Below, in pieces: positions 10,853 to 19,909 of a DNA stretch of 64,000 nucleotides (the stretch's first letter is position 1; each line of letters begins with the position of its first letter). The translations under genes and the position numbers were made by a program. The stretch is from Candidatus Binatia bacterium. Its GTDB lineage: Bacteria > Desulfobacterota > Binatia > UBA9968 > JAJDTQ01. Location of the stretch: NCBI GenBank assembly GCA_963666515.2, contig OY762897.2, positions 4,160,001 to 4,224,000 of the forward strand. Direction: 5' to 3'. The notes below the pieces were generated by a model that ran no database searches, was not told where the DNA came from, and saw only the letters and a program-made list of their open reading frames with translations.

Positions 10853-11467
10853 ATGACAGGGGATCCACGACACTTCGAATCCATCGGCAACCGCCTCGGA
10901 TTCCGTGCGATACCCTCGGGCGACGACGAGATCCACCTGGTCTGGCGCGGCGGGCGCTTCCCGGCGCTCCTGTGTCTCGGCATCGCCGCCTTCCTGCTGC
11001 TGCTCTCGGTGCCCGTGTTCCTCGCCATCCTCGCCCACGGGCTCGACAGCGCGGTGGGAAACCTCTGGTACTTCCCGGCCATGAACGTGGTGCTGTTCAA
11101 GGTGGCGGTGTTCCTGCTGACGCTCAAGCGGACGATACGGATCGACCGGCGCGCCGGCGAGGTGCACCTGTCCCGCACGAGCCTGTTCATGCGGCGTCGA
11201 TTGACGCTCGGGTTCCAAGAGGTCCGCACAGTGAGCGTGGCCGACGACCAGGTGTACAGCGGCTTCGCCGTGGCCGGCTCCACGGCCGGGCAGAAGTCCT
11301 TCCCGGCCCGTTCCCTTCGCCTGGTCCTTTCCGGCTCGCAGTCGGTGCTGCTGGACAGGGGCGGCGGCAGGCGGCTCGACGAGCTTGCGGAGCGCATCGG
11401 CCGCCTCATGGACAAGCCGGTTGAGGCGGTCCCGCGGGGGAGTCCGGCGACGCCCGGCGGGGGTTGA
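10853..11467 (+). CDS. Hypothetical membrane protein (2 TM)
   Basis: Two hydrophobic segments followed by a soluble domain. Confidence 0.65.
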   Translation: MTGDPRHFESIGNRLGFRAIPSGDDEIHLVWRGGRFPALLCLGIAAFLLLLSVPVFLAILAHGLDSAVGNLWYFPAMNVVLFKVAVFLLTLKRTIRIDRRAGEVHLSRTSLFMRRRLTLGFQEVRTVSVADDQVYSGFAVAGSTAGQKSFPARSLRLVLSGSQSVLLDRGGGRRLDELAERIGRLMDKPVEAVPRGSPATPGGG

Positions 11468-11492
11468 CCGGCTACGGGATTCTTCCTATAAA
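11464..11492 (+). promoter_or_regulatory. Putative sigma70 promoter of the coxS-M-G-like cluster
   Basis: TTGACC-N17-TATAAA. Confidence 0.5.
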
Positions 11493-11561
11493 CAGGGCGT
11501 CGTTCGGGTATCTTCACCGACCCCGCCAACTAACGAATCTCACGATCGGAGACGGATTTTC

Positions 11562-12029
11562 ATGGACAAGAAGATCAAGTTTCGCGTCAACGGGACGGAG
11601 CACGAGATGGAAGTGCCCACCAACCGGCTGCTGGTGGACCTGCTCCGCTACGATCTGGGCCTTACGGGAACCAAGGAAGGCTGCAGCGTCGGCGTGTGCG
11701 GCGCGTGCACGGTGCTCATCGACGGCGAGATGGTCAGCTCGTGCCTGGCCCTGGCGGTGTTCGCCGACGGCCACGACGTGACCACGGTGGAGGGCTTGGC
11801 CCAGGACGGCGAGCTTCACCCGGTGCAGCAGAGCTTCATCCAGTACGGCGGCTTCCAGTGCGGCATCTGCACCCCCGGCCAGGTGGTGGCGGCCAAGGCG
11901 CTGCTGGACCAGAACCCGCGGCCCAACGAGGAAGAGATCAAGGACTGGATGATGGGCAACCTGTGCCGCTGCACCGGCTACTACAAGATCATCGAGTCCA
12001 TCGAGAAGGCGCACGAGTTCGCCAAGTAA
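11562..12029 (+). CDS. Xanthine/CO dehydrogenase family 2Fe-2S subunit (CoxS-like)
   Basis: GTKEGC..G.CGACTV, QCGICTPG, NLCRCTGY. Confidence 0.93.
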   Translation: MDKKIKFRVNGTEHEMEVPTNRLLVDLLRYDLGLTGTKEGCSVGVCGACTVLIDGEMVSSCLALAVFADGHDVTTVEGLAQDGELHPVQQSFIQYGGFQCGICTPGQVVAAKALLDQNPRPNEEEIKDWMMGNLCRCTGYYKIIESIEKAHEFAK

Positions 12030-12040
12030 GGGGTTGAGGA

Positions 12041-12907
12041 ATGATCGCTTTTGACTACCGCACTCCCGGAAGCCTCGAAGAGGCCTACGCGGACCTGAAG
12101 GAACTCGGCTCCGACGGCAAGGTCATCGCCGGCGGCACCGCGCTGGTCATCATGATGAAGCAGCAGCTCGTGCAGCCGAGCTGCGTCATCAGCCTGCGCA
12201 ACGTGGCGGGGCTGAGCGGCATATCGGAGAACAACGGCAGCGTGCACATCGGCGGCCTCGTGAGTCACGCCCACCTGGACGCGTCGGACGTGGTGCAGGG
12301 CAAGCTCCCGGTGCTGGGCGCCACCTACCACCACGTGGCCACGCAGCGGGTGCGCACCATGGCCACGGTGGGCGGCGGTCTGGCCCACGCCGACCCCAAC
12401 CAGGACCCGCCGCCGACCTTCATCGCCCTGGGCGCGAGCTTCGATCTGAGTTCTGCGGGCGGCACCCGCTCGGTGGCGGCCGAGGACTTCTTCAGCGACT
12501 ACTACGAGACCGTGCTCGATCCCGAGGAGATCGTCACCGGCGTGAATGTGCCGCTCATGGCCGCCAACAGCGGCGCGGCCTATCTCAAGTTCCTGCCGCG
12601 CTCGGCCGACGACTACGCCACCGTCAGCGCGGCCGCGGTCGTCACGTTGAACGACGCCAAGGACACGATCCAGGACGTCCGCATCGCCATGGGCAGCGTC
12701 AACACCACGCCCGTCCGCGCCACGGCTTCCGAGGACGTGCTGAGGGGCCAGCCGGTCAAGCCCGAGGGCCTGCGCGAAGCCGGCGAGAAGGCCAAGGAGC
12801 ACACCGACCCGGTCAGCGACTTCCGCGGCTCGGGCTCCTACAAGACGCAGATGGCAGCGGTGTTCGTCCGGCGGGCTCTTGAGGCCGCCATCGCCAACGC
12901 ATCCTGA
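12041..12907 (+). CDS. Xanthine/CO dehydrogenase family FAD-binding subunit (CoxM-like)
   Basis: IAGGTAL, R.MATVGG.LAHADP, D.RGS..YK. Confidence 0.92.
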   Translation: MIAFDYRTPGSLEEAYADLKELGSDGKVIAGGTALVIMMKQQLVQPSCVISLRNVAGLSGISENNGSVHIGGLVSHAHLDASDVVQGKLPVLGATYHHVATQRVRTMATVGGGLAHADPNQDPPPTFIALGASFDLSSAGGTRSVAAEDFFSDYYETVLDPEEIVTGVNVPLMAANSGAAYLKFLPRSADDYATVSAAAVVTLNDAKDTIQDVRIAMGSVNTTPVRATASEDVLRGQPVKPEGLREAGEKAKEHTDPVSDFRGSGSYKTQMAAVFVRRALEAAIANAS

Positions 12908-12923
12908 GCAACGGAGGAATCGA

Positions 12924-13376
12924 GTGAAATTCAGTCAAAGCGCAACCGTGCCCGCGGGCCGCGAGCCCCTGTGGCAGCTTCTCATGGACATTCCCAGGGT
13001 GGCCACCTGCCTCCCGGGAGTCCAGGACGTCGAGCAGGTGGACGGCGAGACCTACCAGGGGACCCTGAAGGTCCGCGTCGGCCCCATCGCCCTCAGCCTG
13101 CAGGGCAAGATCGTGCTGGAGGAAAAGGACCAGGAAGCCTGGCGCGCCGCACTCCGGGCCGAAGCCGAGGACCGGCGCGTGGCCGGCGCCATGCGCGGCA
13201 AGTCCACCATGGAGCTGAAGGAGTTGAGCGCCGAAGAGACCGAGCTGACCGTGGAGACCGACGTCAACATCCTCGGCAAGATCGGCGAGTTCGGCCAGCC
13301 CATCATCCGCAAGAAAGCCGACCAGATGCTCAACACCTTCATCGACAACATCAAGAAGGAGTTGGCGGCGAACTGA
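12924..13376 (+). CDS. coxG: CoxG/SRPBCC family protein
   Basis: W..L.D...VA.CLPG, KVRVGPI, GKIGEFGQ; GTG start after GGAGG. Confidence 0.85.
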   Translation: MKFSQSATVPAGREPLWQLLMDIPRVATCLPGVQDVEQVDGETYQGTLKVRVGPIALSLQGKIVLEEKDQEAWRAALRAEAEDRRVAGAMRGKSTMELKELSAEETELTVETDVNILGKIGEFGQPIIRKKADQMLNTFIDNIKKELAAN

Positions 13377-13386
13377 CCCGAATCCA

Positions 13387-13413
13387 TCATTCCGGGCTTG
13401 ACCCGGAATCCAG
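13387..13413. repeat. REP-like palindrome (single unit)
   Basis: TCATTCCGGGCTTGACCCGGAATCCAG, same TCATTCC...GGAATCCAG frame as the units at 23442 and 33803. Confidence 0.7.
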
Positions 13414-13422
13414 AGTTGAGCG

Positions 13423-13468
13423 AACGGGCGGCCGGTAGTTGCAACGACTACCGGCCGCCCGTTTGTGT
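13423..13468 (+). terminator. Strong hairpin, probable intrinsic terminator
   Basis: AACGGGCGGCCGGTAGT-TGCAACG-ACTACCGGCCGCCCGTT followed by TGTG/T-rich bases. Confidence 0.65.
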
Positions 13469-13578
13469 TGGGGCTTGGGTTGTACATGACACCCGGTTCC
13501 ATGCAACATATACAGTTGACAATTGACATGGCGTCATTTATTTTCTGACTATAAATCAGTTATAAAGTGTATTTGATC

Positions 13579-14751
13579 ATGCTCTTTACGTATCCTGAAC
13601 TGGACGACGACGAGAAACGGGTAGAGGCCGCCACGGCCCGGATACGGGCCGATCTGCGTCACTACGTCGTCACGCAGCCACATCGCTGGACAGGTCTGTT
13701 GGCCCGCATGACCCGGGCTCGCGCCCTCATGGCCTCCAACAGCGTGGAAGGCATCAATGTGTCCGACGAGGACGCCATCGCTGCGATTGACGGTGAAGAC
13801 CCGGCAAACACTGACCGTGAAACGTGGCGCGCTGTCGTGGGCTACCGCGAGGCGATGGACTACATTCTCCAGCGTCGGCAGAGCACATCTTTCTCGATCA
13901 CGGAGGACGTGCTCCTGGCCGTGCATTTCATGATCTGTCAGTCGGATTTGACGGCACATCCGGGTCAGTACCGCCCCGGATGGGTCGGTGTCAGGAATAC
14001 CAAGACCGGTGAGGTGGTGCACGAGGGGGTAGACCGCGACCAACTGGAGCCTCTCATCCACGAGCTTCTGGACTACGTGAACAACGAGGATGTGGATTCA
14101 GTCTTCCTGCGTGCGGCCATGACTCATCTGAATCTGGCGCTGCTCCATCTGTTTACGGATGGCAACGGGCGAACGGCCAGGTGCATCCACACCGCGGTGC
14201 TGGCGAGCGACGGGATCGTGGCGCCGCCGTTCTCTTCAATCGAGGAATACATAGGCCACAATCAACAAAGCTACTACAACGTGTTGGCGGAGGTCGGCGG
14301 CGGCGCGTGGAATCCACGGCGCAACGCCAAGCCGTGGATTCGGTTCTGCCTGGGCGGCCATTACCGGCAGGCGCAGACCCTTCTTCGCCGGACCCGAGAG
14401 TTGGAGAGGGTCTATACCGAGCTTCTGAACCTGGTGGAGGCCAGAGGACTTCCCGACCGTACGGCCATGGCGCTGCTCCAGGCAGCCTTTGGCAGCAAAG
14501 TGAGAAACGCGTCGTATCGAGTGAGTGCGGACGTTTCCAAGAATCTCGCCAGCCGCGATCTGAAGACGCTTGTGGATGCGGACCTTCTCGCTTCGGAGGG
14601 CGAAAAGCGGGGCCGCTTCTATAAGGCGTCGCCAACCGTGGCGGAGATTCGCCGGAGTCTGCGCCTCCCGAAACAGATAGACGATCCCTTCGACCCAGAC
14701 GAGCAACTTCAAATTTCCACGGGTCAGGCAGATATTTTCCCTGTCAACTGA
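13579..14751 (+). CDS. Fic family protein with C-terminal HTH
   Basis: HLFTDGNGRTAR Fic motif, N-terminal SNSVEG inhibitory motif, ASRDL..LV wHTH tail. Confidence 0.9.
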   Translation: MLFTYPELDDDEKRVEAATARIRADLRHYVVTQPHRWTGLLARMTRARALMASNSVEGINVSDEDAIAAIDGEDPANTDRETWRAVVGYREAMDYILQRRQSTSFSITEDVLLAVHFMICQSDLTAHPGQYRPGWVGVRNTKTGEVVHEGVDRDQLEPLIHELLDYVNNEDVDSVFLRAAMTHLNLALLHLFTDGNGRTARCIHTAVLASDGIVAPPFSSIEEYIGHNQQSYYNVLAEVGGGAWNPRRNAKPWIRFCLGGHYRQAQTLLRRTRELERVYTELLNLVEARGLPDRTAMALLQAAFGSKVRNASYRVSADVSKNLASRDLKTLVDADLLASEGEKRGRFYKASPTVAEIRRSLRLPKQIDDPFDPDEQLQISTGQADIFPVN

Positions 14752-14796
14752 GTCACTGGTTCAGTCCAGCGCGTCGTTTTGTTGGTAAGACCATCG

Positions 14797-14847
14797 CCCG
14801 TTCGCCCTGAGCGTAGCTCCGCGTCAGCGGAGCGAAGTCGAAGGGCG
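14797..14847. repeat. REP-like element (CCCTGAGC...GTCGAAGGG type)
   Basis: CCGTTCGCCCTGAGCGTAGCTCCGC-GTCA-GCGGAGCGAAGTCGAAGGG between convergent genes. Confidence 0.55.
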
Positions 14848-14856
14848 CCAACTGAA

Positions 14857-15900
14857 TCACGCGATCAACGCCAACATGTCGTCGTGGATGTCGCGCCAAT
14901 CCTGGGCAAGGTCGATACTGCGGGCCCGGATCGAGAAGCCTTCCAGCCGCAGGTCCGCTGCCACCTGCGTGTCGACTACCGGATAGAGCAGTATTCCCTC
15001 GTGCTTTGGCCCTGGCGTTTCGGTGCCCTCGCGATTCCGCAGGTAGGCGAGAAGCTGGTAGAGATGGTCCGAACGCATTTTCGATTTTCCGCCGTACTGG
15101 CTCTGCAAAGCCTCCTGATAGAACTTCGCATCCATGATGATCCGCCGGTTCGAGCCTTCAAGGATGACGTCGGCCTCCATTCGCGGAATCCTTGAGCGCT
15201 GGTCGTCCGTTGTCCCTTCGGCAACCCACTCGATCCCGCGGCCTCGATGATTGACCCGGTAGCGGTCCTGCTCCCGGCGATAGAACTCGATGATGAAGTC
15301 CTCATACAGCTTATCCATTCGCTTTTCGCTGAAGTCGGTGAATCTCGCTTGCCCGGACTGCTCGTCCACCAGCAACTGTTCATGGATGAGGTGGCATACG
15401 GACAACAGGAATCGGTAGTACCGGCGGTTGCGGTCCAGTTGCACTTGCTGGAACAGCCGCCGGCTCAATCGCACCTCGGTCACGCCGTCGAGCTTGGTAT
15501 AGGCATTCCGTACCCCAGCCCGCACGGCCGAGTCCAAGTCGGGGAGTCGCAGGAGGGAGCCGAGGGTGGAGCGCAGGATTCGGTTGTGCAGCACGTCGTG
15601 GGACAGCTCCTCGAAGTCGCAGGTGACCCGACTGCGGGCCCGTAGCGCCCGTTTCGCCGTCTCGCCCACAGCGATCTTCCCACGGATGCCGGCGAGGTCC
15701 TCACGCACTTCTCGATAACCGCGGTCGATGCCTCTGCGGATCAGGCGGAAGGTTCCCTCGGCCAGCACCTTGCCCAGGAGATCGTGTACTCTTTCCAGCC
15801 CTTCCAGCTCCTCCAGCCGCACCACGTCCCGCTCCTCGACGTGGCTCCACGCGTAGCACAGGAGGTAGTAGATGTTGGCGATGGGAATCTTCCGGTCCAT
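14857..15900 (-). CDS. mcrC: McrC-family restriction endonuclease subunit
   Basis: IPIANIYYLLCYAW, RGKI, ADVIL...IMDAKFY, HLYQL.AY; coupled to mcrB. Confidence 0.92.
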   Translation of the reverse strand: MDRKIPIANIYYLLCYAWSHVEERDVVRLEELEGLERVHDLLGKVLAEGTFRLIRRGIDRGYREVREDLAGIRGKIAVGETAKRALRARSRVTCDFEELSHDVLHNRILRSTLGSLLRLPDLDSAVRAGVRNAYTKLDGVTEVRLSRRLFQQVQLDRNRRYYRFLLSVCHLIHEQLLVDEQSGQARFTDFSEKRMDKLYEDFIIEFYRREQDRYRVNHRGRGIEWVAEGTTDDQRSRIPRMEADVILEGSNRRIIMDAKFYQEALQSQYGGKSKMRSDHLYQLLAYLRNREGTETPGPKHEGILLYPVVDTQVAADLRLEGFSIRARSIDLAQDWRDIHDDMLALIA

Positions 15901-18356
15901 CAGCGACGCAACTCTTCGACCATCCTGTCCACCTGTTCAGGGCGGTCGAACCAGTACTCGCGCAACAGGGGTGCGATTTGAGTGTCGATGACCCCCAGGT
16001 ACCATTGCTCGTCGGCCGAGTCGTCGGGCACGAAGTAGCTGTGGCCAATCCGGAAGCCGGGGCCGAGGTCCTTGTCGTCCCGGATGCGTTCGTTGAGCGC
16101 CGACAGATTCCGGTCGATCCGGTCCACGAGCGACAGGTCGACGTCTGCGTTGAGCAGATAGTCCCGGAACTGTCTGGTGCCGTACGCGGGTTCAAGCGTC
16201 TCGAAAGCGAACCGGCGGCGGAGCGCGTAGTCGACGATGGCCAGGGACCGGTCCGCAGTATTCATGAGTCCGAGGATGTGTACGTTGTCGGGCACGCTGA
16301 ACCGTTCGCCGACGGTGCTGTAGGTCAGCGAGATCGCGTGATCCGGGCCACGCTTGTCCGCTTCGATAAGCATGAGCAGTTCCCCGAAAATCCTCGACAG
16401 ATTGCCCCGGTTGATCTCGTCGATGATGAAGACGAACGGCGTCTCCGGTTCCTGTTCCGCACGCTTGCAAAACTCGAAGAACACCCCGTTACGCAGTGTG
16501 AAGCCGCCCGTCTCCGTCGGACGCCAACCCTGCACGAAGTCCTCGTAGGCATAGGACTGGTGGAACTGCACCATCTCGATGGAACTCGGATCCTCGAACC
16601 CGATCAGGCACCACGCGATTCGCTTGGCGATGAACGTCTTGCCGACCCCCGGCGGTCCCTGGAGGATCAGGTTCTTGCGCAGGGCGAGGGAGTCGAGAAT
16701 GCGCTGGAGCTGCGATTCTTCGACGAACAGGTCGGTGAGGGCGGTAGCGATGGTGTAGGGTTTGGCGCCTATCTCCGGAGGCGGCTTTTTCCCGTAGGTC
16801 TCTTCGTAAATTTCGCTCAGGTTTCGTCCCTCGAACGTCCATTGTGGGCAGGGGTGCATCCGGCCGACGGTTCTTCTGGTCGCCTCCGTAAGGGACATCT
16901 CTTCGCCGAGAAATGTGACCCTGTTCTGCGACGCGACGATCGCTTTTTTGCCGGTTTTCACGGAAACCAGCCGAGATTCGATCGGAATGCCCATCTCCAC
17001 GAAGTTCAGGTTCGGTCTGCGTCCCTGGTCTTTACTGCCCGCATCGTTGTCCATCAACCTGAAGGTGTCCCGCAACCACTGCTTGTACGGAGTGAATCGG
17101 GTCAGCGTCTTGGTGGTAATTGAGTCGTTCAGACTAATGGGTGTGTGGCAAGGATACCACTGGACTGTCCGCAGGTTCGGGAATTCCGCCCGCTCAGGGT
17201 CATTCATGTATTCTCCGGTGACCTGTCCCCACCCGAGGACGACGGAGCGGCCTTTCTTCGCTATGACGACGTCACCGATCTTCATTTCATGTGCGAATCC
17301 CCACACGTTGAGCGAATGGAATCTTGGATTTTCTCCGAAACCGTTTTCGATCAGTGCATTATGGATAGCTTCCCTGGACTCGTACTCGCCAAGGTCCCCG
17401 AGTTCGTCGTATCCGATGGCCGCGATATCGTGTTCAAGGAAGTCTCGCCACAAGCGTGCGCCCTCGCCCGCTGTGATGGCCCACACATCGGCCGTGCCGA
17501 AACGACCGCGGTACCACGTTTCATCGCTCACCTTGTCTGTAGGACCGTCTTCCGGTGGTGCAGCGTGTTGCCATCCTTCCTTGAAGGGGGACTCGTAATA
17601 GTTGACCGTTTCAACACCACGCTCTTTCTGGAGCCGGGTTCCTACGGCCAGCAGGGCCTTGTCGAGTTTAACGAGGTCCATGTTGTCGATATCCTCAGCC
17701 TCGGCGGTTTCATCACGAAAGGCTTTGAGGATGGCCTTCTTGTGGCCTACCGACATGATCGGCTCGAACGTGTTTGGGAACAGCAGGAACAAGAGGGCAT
17801 GTCGGAATTGACGGCGGCGGCCGTCTTTCTGGCCGTCGACCCATTCCGCAAATCTCCAAGGATCACTCAGCAGCAGTTTGCGATTGTCAGGCACGTGTGA
17901 GCACCAGTCATGCATCATGGTGATTATGAAGCGGAATTCACGCCACTGATGGGACAAGTAGGCTATGCCCGGCTCGACAAGTCCGCCGTCCAGAACGTCC
18001 TGCAGAGCCCAGTGTTGTTCAGGCAGGGGCTCTCCCGACCACTCCCAGACCGTCCTGATCCTGTCGAGCTTCGTTGCCCGCTTTATGTGTTCCACGATCA
18101 AGTAATACAGCCACGTCATTTCCGCCCACAGACGCTTCGCCTCCGGGGGTGCGGGTTGGAGTTGGTGCCGCAGCTTCTCCTCGAACGAATCGGTTCCCGT
18201 GTCGGGGCGTTCGACGAAGTGGGTATGGAGTTGTCCGAAGTATTCCCGCGTCCAGAGCCGTTCCTCGGTGAACACCGAGCCGCCGCCGAGCAGACATCGC
18301 TGTTTCCATTGCTCGGCGGCGTCGAGGATGAGAGCGGCGCGTTCCAGTCGACTCAT
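15900..18356 (-). CDS. mcrB: McrB-family AAA+ GTPase with multi-domain N-terminus
   Basis: GPPGVGKT, VQFHQSY.YEDFV, IDEINRG, MNTAD, DYALRRRF, IGHSYF. Confidence 0.93.
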   Translation of the reverse strand: MSRLERAALILDAAEQWKQRCLLGGGSVFTEERLWTREYFGQLHTHFVERPDTGTDSFEEKLRHQLQPAPPEAKRLWAEMTWLYYLIVEHIKRATKLDRIRTVWEWSGEPLPEQHWALQDVLDGGLVEPGIAYLSHQWREFRFIITMMHDWCSHVPDNRKLLLSDPWRFAEWVDGQKDGRRRQFRHALLFLLFPNTFEPIMSVGHKKAILKAFRDETAEAEDIDNMDLVKLDKALLAVGTRLQKERGVETVNYYESPFKEGWQHAAPPEDGPTDKVSDETWYRGRFGTADVWAITAGEGARLWRDFLEHDIAAIGYDELGDLGEYESREAIHNALIENGFGENPRFHSLNVWGFAHEMKIGDVVIAKKGRSVVLGWGQVTGEYMNDPERAEFPNLRTVQWYPCHTPISLNDSITTKTLTRFTPYKQWLRDTFRLMDNDAGSKDQGRRPNLNFVEMGIPIESRLVSVKTGKKAIVASQNRVTFLGEEMSLTEATRRTVGRMHPCPQWTFEGRNLSEIYEETYGKKPPPEIGAKPYTIATALTDLFVEESQLQRILDSLALRKNLILQGPPGVGKTFIAKRIAWCLIGFEDPSSIEMVQFHQSYAYEDFVQGWRPTETGGFTLRNGVFFEFCKRAEQEPETPFVFIIDEINRGNLSRIFGELLMLIEADKRGPDHAISLTYSTVGERFSVPDNVHILGLMNTADRSLAIVDYALRRRFAFETLEPAYGTRQFRDYLLNADVDLSLVDRIDRNLSALNERIRDDKDLGPGFRIGHSYFVPDDSADEQWYLGVIDTQIAPLLREYWFDRPEQVDRMVEELRR

Positions 18357-18508
18357 GGGACCTCCTTGCAGCAACGATTCTCTCTACATTCCTAAGGGAT
18401 TGTGTCCGGTGTCCGCAATGGCGGGGCTATGGTTGCAGCTGACGCACGCAGGTATCCGGCTCCGTTCGCCGCTTTACGTCCGATCTGATAACGTCGTTTG
18501 CAGGGTCC

Positions 18509-19909
18509 ATGAATCATTCTGCAGCAAACTCTGATGTACCGGTGAAGGTCGGAGCGGATCGAAGAGTGGACGATCTTCCAGGCAAGTTGAGGGAGACGAT
18601 CCGCCGGGAGTGCTCCGGGAGCGGCCCGCCCGGCATCGTGCGCGTGGAAGCAGTGATCCCCTCCACGGATGCCCTGGCATGGCTCCGAGCACAAGCGTCT
18701 TCCGCGGCCAGGATGTACTGGGCCGACCGGGATGGCCGCGATGAGGTGGCCGGTGTCGGCGCCGCGGACCTCCTTGCGGGTACAAGTTCGGACGGCGTCG
18801 ACTCGCTGTTCGAACAGTTGCGCGGTCGGCTCGAGGCCGGGGAAACGGCGGCGAGGTACTTTGGCGGCATGCGTTTCAACGGGAGCGACACGTCGGATGA
18901 CGGGTGGCGGGATTTCGGCGGTTATCGTTTCGTGCTGCCGCGATTCGAGCTGAGCCAACGGGGCTCGGACAGTGTGCTTGCGTGCCAGTGGCTTCGATCG
19001 ACCGATGTGGTCGACACCCTGATGAGGGACGTCGATGCGTTGGTCTTTCCGGCCACCGAGGCTGCCTGTGCGCATCCGGCGGCCACCGCCCGCGAGGACC
19101 TGCCGGACAGGGCCGGATGGGAGTCCGCCGTCGCCGGGACGCTGGAGCTGGTCTCCGGGAGCGCCGTCGGCAAGGTGGTCCTGGCCCGGAAATCGGTCTT
19201 CGGGTTCCCGGTCGCTCTCGATCCCATCGCCTGCATGCAGGCCCTGTTGCCGGAAGCGCATCGCTGCTACCGGTTCTGCTTCGTTCCAGTGCCCGGCCGG
19301 GCCTTTCTCGGGGCGCCGCCGGAGCGGCTGTACTGCCGGGAAGGAAGGCGAATCCTGTGCGACGCCATCGCCGGCACCCGCACGCGCGGCGACGGCGCTT
19401 CCCTTGACCGGCAACTCGAACGCGATCTCATGGGCAGCGAGAAGGAGCGGCGGGAGCAGGACTACGTGGTCCGGGGAATCCGGGAAAGCCTCGCCCCGCT
19501 GTGCAGGTCGCTGAACGCCGGAGTCGATCCTTCGGTGGTGAAGCTGCGCCAGTGCCAGCATCTCATGAGCAACTTCGAGGGCATGCTTCGGGATGGCATC
19601 GACGACGCCGAACTGTTGAAAGCGCTTCATCCGACACCGGCCGTGGGCGGCTACCCTACTGACCGGGCGCTCCGAGAGATCGAAAAGCGGGAACCCTTCG
19701 ACCGTGGCTGGTACGCGGGTCCCGTGGGCTGGGTGGGACGGGACCGCGCCGAGTTCGCCGTGGCGATTCGCTCCGGGCTGGTGGAGGGCTCGACGCTCGC
19801 GGTGTTCGCCGGCGCTGGAATCGTGGCCGGCTCGGTGCCGGGGGACGAGTGGGACGAGCTGGACTACAAGATCAGCCACTTCACCCAGGCCCTGAACCTT
19901 CCGCGATGA
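18509..19909 (+). CDS. menF: Isochorismate synthase
   Basis: KVVLAR, FLGA.PERL, AIAGT, LHPTPAVGG, RGWYAGPVGW, FAVAIRS, AGAGIV. Confidence 0.9.
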   Translation: MNHSAANSDVPVKVGADRRVDDLPGKLRETIRRECSGSGPPGIVRVEAVIPSTDALAWLRAQASSAARMYWADRDGRDEVAGVGAADLLAGTSSDGVDSLFEQLRGRLEAGETAARYFGGMRFNGSDTSDDGWRDFGGYRFVLPRFELSQRGSDSVLACQWLRSTDVVDTLMRDVDALVFPATEAACAHPAATAREDLPDRAGWESAVAGTLELVSGSAVGKVVLARKSVFGFPVALDPIACMQALLPEAHRCYRFCFVPVPGRAFLGAPPERLYCREGRRILCDAIAGTRTRGDGASLDRQLERDLMGSEKERREQDYVVRGIRESLAPLCRSLNAGVDPSVVKLRQCQHLMSNFEGMLRDGIDDAELLKALHPTPAVGGYPTDRALREIEKREPFDRGWYAGPVGWVGRDRAEFAVAIRSGLVEGSTLAVFAGAGIVAGSVPGDEWDELDYKISHFTQALNLPR

